A DNA stretch of 64,000 nucleotides from an uncultured Nitrospiraceae bacterium (GTDB lineage Bacteria > Nitrospirota > Nitrospiria > Nitrospirales > Nitrospiraceae), in assembly GCA_963706325.1 (NCBI GenBank), contig CAVPLT010000004.1:928001-992000 (forward strand), written 5' to 3'. Under the pieces are notes generated by a model. The model had not been told where the DNA came from. It searched no databases and saw only the letters and a list, made by a program, of their open reading frames with translations. The position numbers and the translations under genes were made by a program. This document shows, in pieces, positions 44,526 to 54,923 of the stretch (position 1 is the stretch's first letter; each line of letters starts with the position of its first letter).

Positions 44526-45698
44526 ATGCGGAGGATTGGGATGGCCGCAGAAGATGGAAGGAACCGAGACTTTACACGGAAAGACGCGGGTCTGACGTCA
44601 TTCGCGCATGGGACATGTTTAAGGCTGAAACGTGAAGGCAATCGGAAGCATATTTGTCAGGCATTAGTCGTGTTGCTGTGCGCGGCGTTGTTCCTGAGTC
44701 TCTCAATGGGATGTGGGCAGGTGGCCGCGCCCTTGCTAGAAGGCAAGACGCACATCTTGAAGGAGGGGTTCCGGAACACCGACCCGGCTTTTGCCCCGCC
44801 TAGTCTTTGGGAGCGTCTCATGTTCGTTCCTGCGCGAACATGGGAAACGACCTTTCACACACGCACCGCTAACCTGCCGTTTGTCGAAAACGACGGCGGC
44901 GCGCTCAGGAACAATCGAACGGAGGCCACTGTCACCTGGGTGGGCCATTCCACCTTGCTCATTCAGCTCGATGGCGTCACGATGCTGACTGATCCTCAAT
45001 GGTCGGAACGGGCGAGCCCCGTCACGTTTGCCGGTCCGAAGCGGCTGATGCCGCCGGGCCTGCCGTTCGAACAACTGCCGAGGGTGGATCTCGTCCTCAT
45101 TTCGCACGATCACTATGACCATCTCGATGTGGAGACAGTGCAGCGGCTGGCGCGCAAGCATCACCCGCTGTTTCTCGTGCCGCTAGGGTTGAAGGCCTGG
45201 TTTGCGGACATCGGTATTACGGACGTGGAGGAAATGGATTGGTGGGAAAGCCGGCAGGTCCGGGGCCTGACCGTGACCTGTCTTCCCGCGCAGCACTTTT
45301 CGGGACGCACCCTGTGGGATGGGAATCGACGATTGTGGAGCACATGGGCCGTAGCAGGGGGCACGAAGCGGTTCTTCTTCGCGGGAGACACCGGTTATTA
45401 TTCTGTCTTCAAAGAAATTGGGACCCGCCTGGGCCCGTTCGATCTGGCGGCTGTTCCAATCGGAGCCTATGTTCCCGCTTCCATGATGAAGATGACCCAT
45501 ATCACGCCTGAACAAGCCTTGCAGATTTTTTCCGATGTCCATGCGCAGCATTTTGTCGCCATGCATTGGGGCACATTCGACATGACGAGCGAGCCGATCG
45601 AGGAACCGCCTGTCCGTCTGAAAGCAGAGGCCGATCGCCTGGGGCTGGATCCTTCCAAGGTCTGGGTATTGAAACATGGTGAGAGCCGCGGATGGTGA
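44526..45698 (+). CDS. MBL-fold metallohydrolase (NAPE-PLD/RomA-like), probable lipoprotein
   Basis: TWVGHST, LTDPQWSER, ISHDHYDHLD, PAQHFSGR, FFAGDTGY and MHWGTF. Lipobox-like LSMGC. The true start is probably downstream of 44526. Confidence 0.85.
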   Translation: MRRIGMAAEDGRNRDFTRKDAGLTSFAHGTCLRLKREGNRKHICQALVVLLCAALFLSLSMGCGQVAAPLLEGKTHILKEGFRNTDPAFAPPSLWERLMFVPARTWETTFHTRTANLPFVENDGGALRNNRTEATVTWVGHSTLLIQLDGVTMLTDPQWSERASPVTFAGPKRLMPPGLPFEQLPRVDLVLISHDHYDHLDVETVQRLARKHHPLFLVPLGLKAWFADIGITDVEEMDWWESRQVRGLTVTCLPAQHFSGRTLWDGNRRLWSTWAVAGGTKRFFFAGDTGYYSVFKEIGTRLGPFDLAAVPIGAYVPASMMKMTHITPEQALQIFSDVHAQHFVAMHWGTFDMTSEPIEEPPVRLKAEADRLGLDPSKVWVLKHGESRGW

Positions 45699-45932
45699 TG
45701 AATCAATGAATGAAGAGTTCCTGATTCACAGCTGGTGACGTGACAGGTGCCCGTCCTCTGGCTACAGGATGAGCATGACGGGCGCCTGGTAACAGCCGGA
45801 CAGGCCCTTGCTCTGACAGTAAAGGGCGATCACAATCAAACTGAAACGTGTCTTTTACAATATGGTGACGGTACGCCTCTCAGAAACCGTCTTTGAGCGC
45901 GCCGTCATCACTCACACAACAAGGAGGATTTC

Positions 45933-46304
45933 ATGGCGACAACCCAAGCGATCAGTGATCCGGCCAAGGCGAGAGAGTTCTTCGAGGCCAAGATGGCATT
46001 TACGACCGGTCCCGTTGAACTGGAACGGATGATGAAGAACAACGAGGTCAACGTGGTCGATGTGCGGGCGGCCGAGGATTTTTCCGAAGGCCACATTCCG
46101 GGGGCCATCAATCTGCCGAAGGATCAGTGGCATGCGCTCAAAGGTCTGCGGAAGGATAAAACAAACGTCCTCTACTGCTATTCGCAGGTATGCCATCTCG
46201 CCGCCAGTGCCGCCTTGGAATTCGCCGCCAAAGGTTATCCTGTCATGGAGTTGGAAGGCGGCTGGCGCTGGTGGAAGGACGACGGCTTCCAGATCCAAAA
46301 ATGA
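45933..46304 (+). CDS. single-domain rhodanese (sulfurtransferase-like)
   Basis: VVDVR, GHIPGAINLP, LYCYSQVC and ELEGGW. AAGGAGG precedes the start. Confidence 0.88.
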   Translation: MATTQAISDPAKAREFFEAKMAFTTGPVELERMMKNNEVNVVDVRAAEDFSEGHIPGAINLPKDQWHALKGLRKDKTNVLYCYSQVCHLAASAALEFAAKGYPVMELEGGWRWWKDDGFQIQK

Positions 46305-46356
46305 AATTACCGGCGGCGGTTTCCGCAGTACAAGAACCTTGTGAAAGGATGTCTGT

Positions 46357-47625
46357 ATGGATGAGGACGCCAGGAAGGTAAACCGACGCAAATTTTTTCG
46401 ACAAAGCGCGTCTTTCATGGCATTGGGAGCCGCCGGCCTTGTGCTGCCTTCCGTGAATGCCGGAGAACCGAAGCCCCCGGATGATCCCATGCGCGTACCG
46501 GGGGTATTACCTCGGCCCTATGGCGATCGATCGCCCTTTGAGACGCCGCAGCGTCTGGGCGGGGCGGGTCCGGGGGCGCCTCATGGCTGGGGCGCCAATG
46601 CTCCGAATAACTTCAACTCGCTGACACCGCTTCAAGATCTCTCCGGCATCATTACGCCTTCCTCTCTGCACTTCGAGCGGCACCATAACGGTGTTCCCGC
46701 CATTGATCCGGCCCGCCATCGTTTGCTGATTCATGGGTTGGTGGACAAGCCGCTGAACTTTACCGTCGAGGATCTGAAACGTTTGCCTGCCGTCTCGCGA
46801 CTCGCATTCCTGGAATGTTCCGGCAACACCTGGGATGGGTGGCGAGAGGCGCAGGACGTGACCGTCCAGGACACGCACGGGTTGACCAGCACCAGCGAGT
46901 GGACCGGCGTCAAACTGTCGACCCTTTTGGATGCGACCGGCATGCGCCGTGACGCCACATGGATGTTGGCGGAAGGCAGCGATGCGGCCGGTCTAGACCG
47001 CAGCGTTCCTCTCACTGATGATGTCCTGCAGGAGGCCATGATTTGCTACGGCCAGAACGGCGAATCGCTGCGGCCCGAGCAGGGATATCCGTTGAGGCTT
47101 TTCCTGCCTGGGTTCGAAGGCAACATCAATGTGAAATGGCTCCGCCGGCTGAAACTGGGAACCGCGCCGTTCATGACGCGCTGGGAGACCGCTAAGTATA
47201 CGGAGCTGATGCCGGATGGGAAGGCCTATCAATTCACGCTGGTCATGGAAGCCAAGTCGGTCATCACCTATCCATCGGGCCGGCAAACGATCCACCCCGG
47301 CTTCCACGAAATCAGCGGCCTGGCATGGAGCGGGCGAGGACGAGTGGCGAAAGTCGACATCACAGTGGATGGCGGACGGACGTGGCAGAGCGCTCACCTT
47401 CAGGAGCCGGTGCTCCCGAAATGTCACACCCGATTCCGATTACCCTGGCGATGGAACGGCCAAGAGGCGACTCTGCAAAGTCGATGCATCGATGAGACGG
47501 GGTATGTCCAACCATCACGACAAGACCTCGTGAAGGTGCGAGGAACCAATTCGATCTATCACTACAATGCGATTCAAAGCTGGAGGGTGGAACGCGATGG
47601 ACGGGTACAAAACACCTATGCCTAG
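46357..47625 (+). CDS. soxC: molybdopterin sulfite/sulfane dehydrogenase catalytic subunit (SoxC-type)
   Basis: Tat NRRKFF, TPLQDLSGIITPS.LHFERHH, FLECSGN (Mo-ligand Cys), QNGESLRPEQGYPLRL, VKWLRRLK, SRCIDETGYVQP and YHYNAIQSW. Confidence 0.9.
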   Translation: MDEDARKVNRRKFFRQSASFMALGAAGLVLPSVNAGEPKPPDDPMRVPGVLPRPYGDRSPFETPQRLGGAGPGAPHGWGANAPNNFNSLTPLQDLSGIITPSSLHFERHHNGVPAIDPARHRLLIHGLVDKPLNFTVEDLKRLPAVSRLAFLECSGNTWDGWREAQDVTVQDTHGLTSTSEWTGVKLSTLLDATGMRRDATWMLAEGSDAAGLDRSVPLTDDVLQEAMICYGQNGESLRPEQGYPLRLFLPGFEGNINVKWLRRLKLGTAPFMTRWETAKYTELMPDGKAYQFTLVMEAKSVITYPSGRQTIHPGFHEISGLAWSGRGRVAKVDITVDGGRTWQSAHLQEPVLPKCHTRFRLPWRWNGQEATLQSRCIDETGYVQPSRQDLVKVRGTNSIYHYNAIQSWRVERDGRVQNTYA

Positions 47626-48322
47626 CAGGCTGCTGGTAAAGTCCGCCAGCTTTCTAAAGACGTTAAGGCTCATGCCCAGGCTGAGATCGCAGAAGTCTGC
47701 AGCGCTCAACCTCAACCTCAGCCTGCTTCGCTTGCGCCGGCGGCCAGATCTAGCTGTGTCACTCGGTGCCCGCACATCTCTCATGATGCTCAGCATTGGA
47801 TTGACGGCCATGGCCCTCGTTTGGGTCCTGCCAGGATGGGCGGTTGATGATGAGACTGGCGCGTATGGCATAGGGAGCCCGGCGACTGAAGCAGACATCA
47901 AAGCCTGGAACATCGATGTATCTTCGACAGGAGAAGGACTTCCTCCGGGGCAGGGGACGGTGAAGCAGGGTTTCCGGTTGTTCGTTGCCAAATGCGCGGC
48001 CTGCCATGGCCCTACCGGCACGGAGGGTCCCAAGGATCGATTAGTCGGGGGCCGAGATACGTTGACGACGGCGAAGCCTGTCCGGACCATCGGCAGTTAC
48101 TGGCCCTATGCCACGACCCTGTATGACTACATCCATCGGGCCATGCCGTTTGATGCGCCGCAGTCTCTCAGCTCGGATGAAACCTATTCCGTGATCGCCT
48201 GGCTCTTATTCCAGAATCAGATCATCGCGGAAGATGCCGTGATCGACGCGCAGACGCTGCCGAAGGTACAGATGCCGAACCGGAACGGCTTCATCGAGGA
48301 CCCGCGACCTGATGTGCGTTAG
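47618..48322 (+). CDS. soxD: monohaem cytochrome c partner (SoxD-like)
   Basis: YGIG.PAT..DIKAWNIDV, GLPPGQG, CAACHG, TIGSYWPYATT.YDYI.RAMP and MPNRNGF. The start is either 47618 (overlapping the soxC stop) or 47783. Confidence 0.85.
   Translation: MPSRLLVKSASFLKTLRLMPRLRSQKSAALNLNLSLLRLRRRPDLAVSLGARTSLMMLSIGLTAMALVWVLPGWAVDDETGAYGIGSPATEADIKAWNIDVSSTGEGLPPGQGTVKQGFRLFVAKCAACHGPTGTEGPKDRLVGGRDTLTTAKPVRTIGSYWPYATTLYDYIHRAMPFDAPQSLSSDETYSVIAWLLFQNQIIAEDAVIDAQTLPKVQMPNRNGFIEDPRPDVR
47624..47727. repeat. partial short palindromic interspersed element
   Basis: Begins AGCAGGCTGCTGGTAAAGTCCGCCAGC and ends CTCAACCTCAACCTCAGCCTGCT, giving a 9-bp inverted terminus. The 5' end resembles the termini of the element at 56899. 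Confidence 0.5.
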
Positions 48323-48350
48323 CCGTTCATCGACGGCGCGTGGAGGAGCG

Positions 48351-49101
48351 ATGCCTGGTACGACGATGTGGGTGAGCCGTGCGGCGCTGTTGCTTGTCCT
48401 CAGTTCCGCCGCCGCTGCTCTCCTCGCGGGATTCGGCAGCCGGGCGGGGTGGTGGCATTTTCGAATCGGCTTTCAGATCTTGACCTGGGCCGCGTATGGG
48501 GGTTTGGCCGGCGCCGTCTTCGGCTTGCTGGGTGGTCTCGCCGCATTGTGGCGGGGTCCGCTACGCGGCGCATGGATCTGCGTTCATGGCTCTGGGCATC
48601 GGCCTCGTAGTCGTCGGGATACCCTGGCAGATGAAACGGACGGCGCAACAGGTGCCGCCCATTCACGACATCACGACCGATACCGACAATCCTCCGCGCT
48701 TCGTCGCCGTTCTGCCTCTGAGAAAAGATGCCCCGAACTCGCCCGACTACGGCGGTCCCGACCTCGCCGCCCAGCAACGCGCGGCCTATCCCGACCTTCA
48801 ACCGGTTATCGTGCCCGTTCCTCGTCACCAAGCGTTCGCTCAAGGGCTCAAGGCTGCCGAGGCCATGGGGTGGGAGATCGTTGCGGCGAATGCGGAGGAA
48901 GGCCGGATCGAAGCCACCGATACGACGCTCTGGTTCGGCTTCAAGGACGATGTCGTCGTTCGAATCCAGGCACGAGACGACGAAAGCTTGCTCGATGTGC
49001 GCTCAGTGTCTCGAGTCGGCAAAAGCGACGTCGGGACGAATGCCCAACGAATCAGAGCCTACCTGCGGAAGTTCAATGGACTTGGGCCGTCATCAAATTG
49101 A
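48351..49101 (+). CDS. DUF1499 membrane-anchored protein (frameshift near 48582)
   Basis: GGAGG plus ATG, TM segments, then PPIHDITTD...P.F, YPDLQP, GRIEATDTTLWFGFKDDVVVRI and DVRSVSRVGKSDVGTNA.RI. Confidence 0.82.
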
Positions 49102-49565
49102 ATCGACAAACAAGCGACGAAAGGTTTGGAAAGGCAGGGTCTTAGGCGCTCAGTAATTATCCACGGTCTGAGCGTCATTCAATGGCATGACGCTCTCGCG
49201 ACATTGCACGGCCTCACACGGTTGTCTGCGATGATCCGAGAAACGCAGGGTGCTCAACGAGCGGAATCACATGATCTGCAATGAGGAAGCAGATCTCGTG
49301 CTGCTTCCGCACGCCTGAAGAAGAAAGTTGTTCTCCTAGACCCCTCTCGGAACTCAAATTGGAAGCATTGAAGAGGGTGAGAGCAGGCGAACGGGCTACT
49401 TACAAAATGCTAGGGGCATCCCTAGGTTCTCCATGGCTTTTCCGATACTACACTGCGATCCGTCCTCACAGAAGGCTGCGGATTGGAACGATAGGTGTTC
49501 TCCGAAGCCTCACGGGGAAATGAGGATGACCCGGCAGCAGGAGCAAATTGAGAGGGTACCACGTG

Positions 49566-50175
49566 ATGATCAGGTCTCTGCGAAGTTGGGCGCTGGCCAT
49601 GTGCTTCGTCTTGCCGGCGGCCGTTGCCGACGCGGAGATGGCTCGATACGACATTGATCCGGAACACACGACGATCGGATTCAGCGCAGTCCATATGCTT
49701 GTCTCGCATGTGCAGGGCCAGTTCATGGTGTTTTCGGGATTTATTGAGATGGATCCCGAGGCCAATGTCGCCAACACCATGGAGGCCGCCAGTAAGACCT
49801 GGTCGATCAACATTAACCATCACCAACGCGACGCTCACTTGCGCAGTCCGGACTTCTTTGACGTCGATACGTACCCGACCATGACCTACAAGCTGAAGAG
49901 TTACCGAAAGACGGGTGATGGCTACAGGGCAATAGGCGACCTGACGCCACACGGGGTCACGAAAGAAATCACGCTGGTCGGGAATCTGATCGGCGTCACG
50001 AAAGATCCTATGGGGAACATTCGTGCCGGTTTCATGGCGGAGGGAAAGATCAATCGCCGGGACTTCAATGTCCAACTTCAGCGGTGCCCTGGATAACGGC
50101 GGGATGATCGTGGGCGACGAGGTCACGATCAAGATCAACGCCGAATGTATCAAGGCCAAGAGCGCTTCGCGCTAA
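49566..50175 (+). CDS. YceI-family periplasmic polyisoprenoid-binding protein (frameshift near 50072)
   Basis: Signal peptide, YDIDPEHT.IGF...H, RDAHLRSPDFFD, GDLT.HGVTK and INRRDF. Removing one C restores NFSGALDNGGMIVGDEV. Confidence 0.85.
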
Positions 50176-50319
50176 TTACACCAAGCCCGTGAGCTGCGGC
50201 TTCACGACGAATTGGCATAGGCGCTAGGGCAGGAGGCTCGCGCCGGTAGGCCCGAACCGGGTTCATTGCAATGTCCTACGGATTTATCCCACGAAGCGGG
50301 AAGACAGGCATGATGCACG

Positions 50320-53176
50320 ATGGCTGAACCCGACCTCGTTGACAAATCCCTCGTGACGGCCTGGGCGCGCTGGTCGATGGTATGGCTCACTCTGTTTCCC
50401 CTGGTCGGCATCCTCGTCTCGATCCAATTCCACAACCCTGAGTTTCTGGGAGGCATCTCCTGGTTCACCTTCGGCCGACTGCGCGCCGTGCACTTGGAGG
50501 GAGTCCTTTTCGGGTCGTTCACCACCGCCTTCATCGCGCTCCTCTACTATTTTGCTCCCCGACTGTGCGGGACACCGCTGTACAAAGCCGAATGGGGCTG
50601 GTGGCTGCTGTGGCTCTGGAACGGATTTCTGATCCTGGGCTCGCTCACGCTTTTCATGGGCTATACGAGCGGCGTGGAATACGCGGAGTTCGCGTGGCCG
50701 ATCAACATCATGCGGTATGTAGTCGTGGGGGGCATCGCCGTACAGGTCGTCGGAACGATCATGCGACGGCGAGCGGCGCGTTTTTATGTGTCGCTGTGGT
50801 ATGCATTGGCCGCATCGGTGTGGACATTGTTAAATTTGCCGTTGGGCGGATTCATGCTGCCCTATGGACCGCTCGACGGCGTCAACAGCGCTGCCGTGCA
50901 TGGCTTGTACATGCATAACCTGGTCGGGCTCTGGATCACGCCGGCCGGACTGGCCACCATTTATTATTTTCTTCCGTTGAGCGCCAAGAATGCGCTCTAC
51001 AGTCATAAGCTCTCCATTCTCGGATTCTGGACGCTGGCCCTCTTCTATCCGTTCAACGGCACACACCATTACCTCTATAGTCCCATTCCGCACTGGGCGC
51101 AGACCGTCGCGGTCGTGCATAGCATATGGATGATCATTCCGGTCGTCACGGTCATCATTAATTTCTTCGGCACCATGATGGGACGCTGGGGAACGGTGCT
51201 GGGCGGAGGCGGGGCCGACAACTACGCGGCGAAATTCCTCATGATCGGGGTCGTCTACTATTTCCTCGGCAGCGTGCAAGGTTCCATCGAACCATTGCAT
51301 CGATTTCAGCAATTGACCCATTTCAACGATTTCGTCGTCGGCCATGCGCATCTGACGGTCTTCGGCGCCATGATCATGTGGATGGTCGGCGGGTTGTATT
51401 ACGTCTGGCCGAGACTGAGCGGGAGGAAGCTGGAGCGACCGGCTCGCCAGCTGGCATCTGTGGCTCACCGTCACCGGGTTCACGAGCATGGTGCTGGGAC
51501 TGACGATACAAGGATTCATTCAAGGCGCCATGTTGGAAAACGGCGCTGATTTCGTGGATTCCGTGAAGGAGATGGTGCCCTGGTGGGTCGTGCGAACGAT
51601 TGTCGGCACGATCATGGACGTCGCGTTGGGCTTGATGGCGTTCAATCTGTATAAGACGGCACGGCAGGGCGAGAAAATCTCGTACGAAGATCGCGAACCC
51701 CTGGCCCCGGCTCGACCGCCGGTTGTCGCAACGCCCAACAACAATTGGCTGGAAAATCCTTCCACCATTGTCATCGTGGCCGGGATCGGGTTTTTTGTGG
51801 TGGCCGTGTTCCTCTTGGGTGCGGTGCCATGGCTGCAAGCCTCGACGCATTCGACCTCGGTCACGGACGTGGTGACGGGTTTGCCCATCAATGTAAGACC
51901 CTATTCGCCCGTGGAAGAACGCGGCCGGCAGGTGTACCTTCGGGACGGGTGCTGGCAATGCCACTCCCAATACATCCGTCCCGTCACGGGGGAGACCGCC
52001 CGGTGGGGTCCAGTCTCTCAAACTGGAGAATACGCCTATGATCGGCCCCATATGTTCAGCACGCGGCGGATCGGCCCGGATCTGACCCGTGTCGGGAGAA
52101 AGTACGGCGACGATTGGCATGTCGCGCATCTGTGGAATCCGCAGGAGGTCGTCCCGGACAGCATGATGCCGCGGTTTCCATGGCTGTTCGAGGAGCCTCA
52201 AGGCCAAGATCCGTCCGTATTGTCCGAGGACGGCAAGGCCCTGGTGGCCTATCTTCAACGGTTGGGAACGACCATCGGCGATTGGCGCGAACGCTATTGG
52301 GGAACGGGTGGCCCGGCAATAGCATCCTCTGCGGGGGTGTCCTCGCGGATGACTCAGGAGGTTGTGGCATTCGGCAAGCAAGTCTATGAGCGACGCTGTG
52401 CCGGGTGTCATGGCATCAAGGGAGACGGCCAGGGGCCGGCGTCCCGATTCTTAACCCCCAAGGCCCGGGATTTCACCGCCGGCACATTCAAGTTCAAATC
52501 GACCGTCTCCAAGGACTCGCTGCCGACGGACGAGGACCTCTACGTGGTGGTCACTCACGGGCTGTGGGGCACGTCCATGCCTTCGTGGGTCGGAATCTCA
52601 GATCGCGAGCGATGGGCCGTCGTCCTCTACATCAAGACGTTCTCGGACCGGTGGCAGAAGGAAGCGCCGGGCAGATCGATTGTCATCCCTCCCGAGCCGG
52701 CTCCCACACCGATATCCATTGAAAAAGGGAAGGCCCTGTTCGAGACGAATTGCGTGCTCTGCCATGGCGCGGAAGGCAAAGGCGACGGGATGCTTGCGGA
52801 GGCCATGCAGGATGATTGGGGAGAAGCGGTCAAACCCGCGCATCTTTCCCTGCCCGCCGGCGCGCCCGGCGGAGTCAAGCTGGGCCATGCCGGTCGTCGG
52901 CTATTCCAAACCATTGCGGCCGGGATCGGAGGAACGCAAATGCCCGCATTCGACTCGCTACCTGCGGAGGATGTCTGGGACATGGTTCATTATGTCCAAT
53001 CATTGCGGGTGGCTGCTCATGAGGTTGAACTGACCGAGGCCGGGCTTCCCATCGAGGACCGGCAGACGGCCCGAGAACGCATCTGGGCCTCTCTGTCCCG
53101 GCAAATGGACGAAAATATGCCTGTAATAGCAGACACGTCATCCGCTTCAACTCAGTCGGGCGTCTCTAGGAAGTGA
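50320..53176 (+). CDS. ccoN: cbb3-type (C-family) haem-copper oxidase: CcoN-CcoO-dihaem cytochrome c fusion (frameshift near 51431)
   Basis: FGRLRAVH, HNLVG, FYPFNGTHH (Tyr six residues before HH) and GHAH. CcoO part: GCWQCHSQYIRP, RIGPDL and SMMP. Then CAGCH and CVLCH. Restoring TG in CTG TGG gives about 950 aa. Confidence 0.85.
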
Positions 53177-53358
53177 GGCGAGAAATGTCTGAAGATTCGA
53201 CGCAGAAAAAAGTTCCCAAGGAGCCTGCCACCTATGTGTATGAACCCGCGGGAATTATAGAACGTAGCGGACATGTTCCTGTCTGGCTGAAGATTATTGT
53301 CATTGGCGTGATGTTATGGGGCATATCCTACGCGATCCGTTTTTGGAATCCGGAATGA
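53173..53358 (+). CDS. CcoP N-terminal-helix-like small membrane peptide
   Basis: YVYEPAGIIERSGHVPVWLKII...WGISY resembles the CcoP_N pattern (H.YDGI.E..NP.P.WW). It overlaps the oxidase stop. Confidence 0.6.
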   Translation: MRREMSEDSTQKKVPKEPATYVYEPAGIIERSGHVPVWLKIIVIGVMLWGISYAIRFWNPE

Positions 53359-53393
53359 GCAGGCCGCTAGGCCATTACCGAGAGGAGGAGGGA

Positions 53394-53759
53394 ATGATGC
53401 GTACGGCATATCGATCGATGGTCGTCTTAGGGGTGGTCGTCCTGGGTTGGGGATCGTCTTCGATGATCTATCACGCCGGAGCCGCCGGAGGAGATGCCGG
53501 CAAAGGAAAGGCGATCTTCCAGGCCAAGTGCGTGACCTGTCATGGCGCGGAGGGCAAAGGGGACGGGCCTTTAGGAAAAGCGCTGAAGCCGCCGGCAGGC
53601 GATTTCACCAGCGCTGAAAGTAAGAAAAAGTCCGCCGACGAATTGCGAAACATCATCGAGAACGGTGTGCCAAAAACTTCCATGGTGGCATGGAAGAAGC
53701 AGCTCAACGAGACGGAACTCCAGGACGTGCTGGCCCATGTGCTGACACTTCGGAAGTGA
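53394..53759 (+). CDS. monohaem class I cytochrome c
   Basis: Signal peptide, GKAIFQAKCVTCHG and distal Met (TSMVAW). GAGGAGG precedes the start. Confidence 0.9.
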   Translation: MMRTAYRSMVVLGVVVLGWGSSSMIYHAGAAGGDAGKGKAIFQAKCVTCHGAEGKGDGPLGKALKPPAGDFTSAESKKKSADELRNIIENGVPKTSMVAWKKQLNETELQDVLAHVLTLRK

Positions 53760-53868
53760 ACCGCTCGGATTGACTGTGTTCTCGCGACAAGAACAAGGAG
53801 GCGAGCCGCGCACGATCATGCACACGAGATGTCGCCATGCGTCACGCCGTCGGAGAGGAAGGTAGACT

Positions 53869-54435
53869 ATGAGTGAAGTGATCAGAATTGCCGGGATCGC
53901 CGGCAGTCTCCGCAAAGGGTCCTATAACAAATCGGCCCTTCAGGCCGCCCTCAAACTCGTTCCCAAGGGCAGTTCATTGGACATCCTCGATCTCGAGGGC
54001 ATTCCCGGTTTCAATCAAGACCTTGAACAGGCCTTCCCGCCTCACGCGCGCGAGTTCAAGGCCAAGGTCAAGGCAGCCGACGCTGTGTTGATCGTGACCC
54101 CGGAGTATAACTATTCCGTGCCGGGTGTGCTCAAGAACGCCATCGACTGGGCGTCCCGCCCCTATGGCGACAGCGCCTGGAATGCCAAACCGGTCGCGAT
54201 TATGGGAGCCTCTGGTGGAATGCTGGGGACTGCCCGCGCCCAATATCATCTTCGCCAGATGTTCGTCTTCTTGAACATGTTCCCGCTGAACCAGCCGGAA
54301 GTCATGATCGCCAATGCCGACGAGAAGTTTGATGAGCAGGGCAGCTTGAAGGATGCGAAGACGGTACAGAAGATCAAGGAGCTGCTTGAAGCATTGGTGG
54401 AATGGACGGCACAGCTCAAGAAGGCGAGAGCCTAG
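53869..54435 (+). CDS. NADPH-dependent FMN reductase / ChrR-type quinone-chromate reductase
   Basis: GSLRKGSYN, TPEYNYSVPGVLKNAIDWASRP and GTARAQYHLRQ. Confidence 0.92.
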   Translation: MSEVIRIAGIAGSLRKGSYNKSALQAALKLVPKGSSLDILDLEGIPGFNQDLEQAFPPHAREFKAKVKAADAVLIVTPEYNYSVPGVLKNAIDWASRPYGDSAWNAKPVAIMGASGGMLGTARAQYHLRQMFVFLNMFPLNQPEVMIANADEKFDEQGSLKDAKTVQKIKELLEALVEWTAQLKKARA

Positions 54436-54445
54436 GAAGGGCAGG

Positions 54446-54900
54446 GTGCCGGTATTCGTCGGAAGGAAGCGAAGCTTCGTCGGTGGGTTCCTGACAGGTG
54501 TGTTTCTACTATGTCTCTGGGGGAATGGCCGTAAGGTCTGCGCATGCGGCGGACGGAGATCTATTGAAAGGGAAGGCGCTCTATGTGAAGAACTGTGTGC
54601 TTTTGCCAGGGTGTGGAGGGGAAAGGAAACGGGCCGTTGGGCCTGGCTACCAATCCGCCGGCTGCCGACTTTACGAGACAACGGAGCAAGGCCAAAAACA
54701 GAGTCACAATTGCGTGCCACGATCGAACAGGGCCGTCCACCCACGGCGATGGAAGGCTGGACGGGACATTGTCGGAGGCGGAGATCGAGGAGGTCTTGGC
54801 CTATGTAGTGATGCTGCGAAAGCGAGGGCTCGCGGGAAAAGTTGACCATCTGGCAAGCGGTGTGAAAGAAGTAAACGTGCGGTGTCGGAGAAACGGTTAA
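54446..54900 (+). pseudogene. degenerate monohaem cytochrome c
   Basis: Fragments in different frames: AADGDLLKGKALYVKNCV / LCQGVEGKGNGPLG...PPAADFT / ESQLRATIEQG..TAMEGW / LSEAEIEEVLAYV. The haem motif reads CVLCQ, so the His ligand is lost. Confidence 0.75.
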
Positions 54901-54923
54901 CCCATCACTAGAGGAGGTTCGAG

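Noticed and set aside
45826..45839. FNR-like box GCGAT-CACA-ATCAA upstream of the rhodanese gene
   Set aside because: Only 8/10 match, spacing to the nearby TACAAT is not the typical class II distance, and I found no matching boxes before ccoN or the USP genes.
47622..47754. CTAGC direct repeat as a target-site duplication of the soxC-soxD element
   Set aside because: The copies are 128 nt apart, so precise excision would shift the soxD frame, and a 5-bp match can arise by chance.
50320..51549. Interpretation of the HCO subunit as a nitric-oxide reductase (NorB)
   Set aside because: It lacks the NorB HLWVEG-type glutamate motif, has the helix-VII Tyr of C-family oxidases, and is followed by a CcoO domain.
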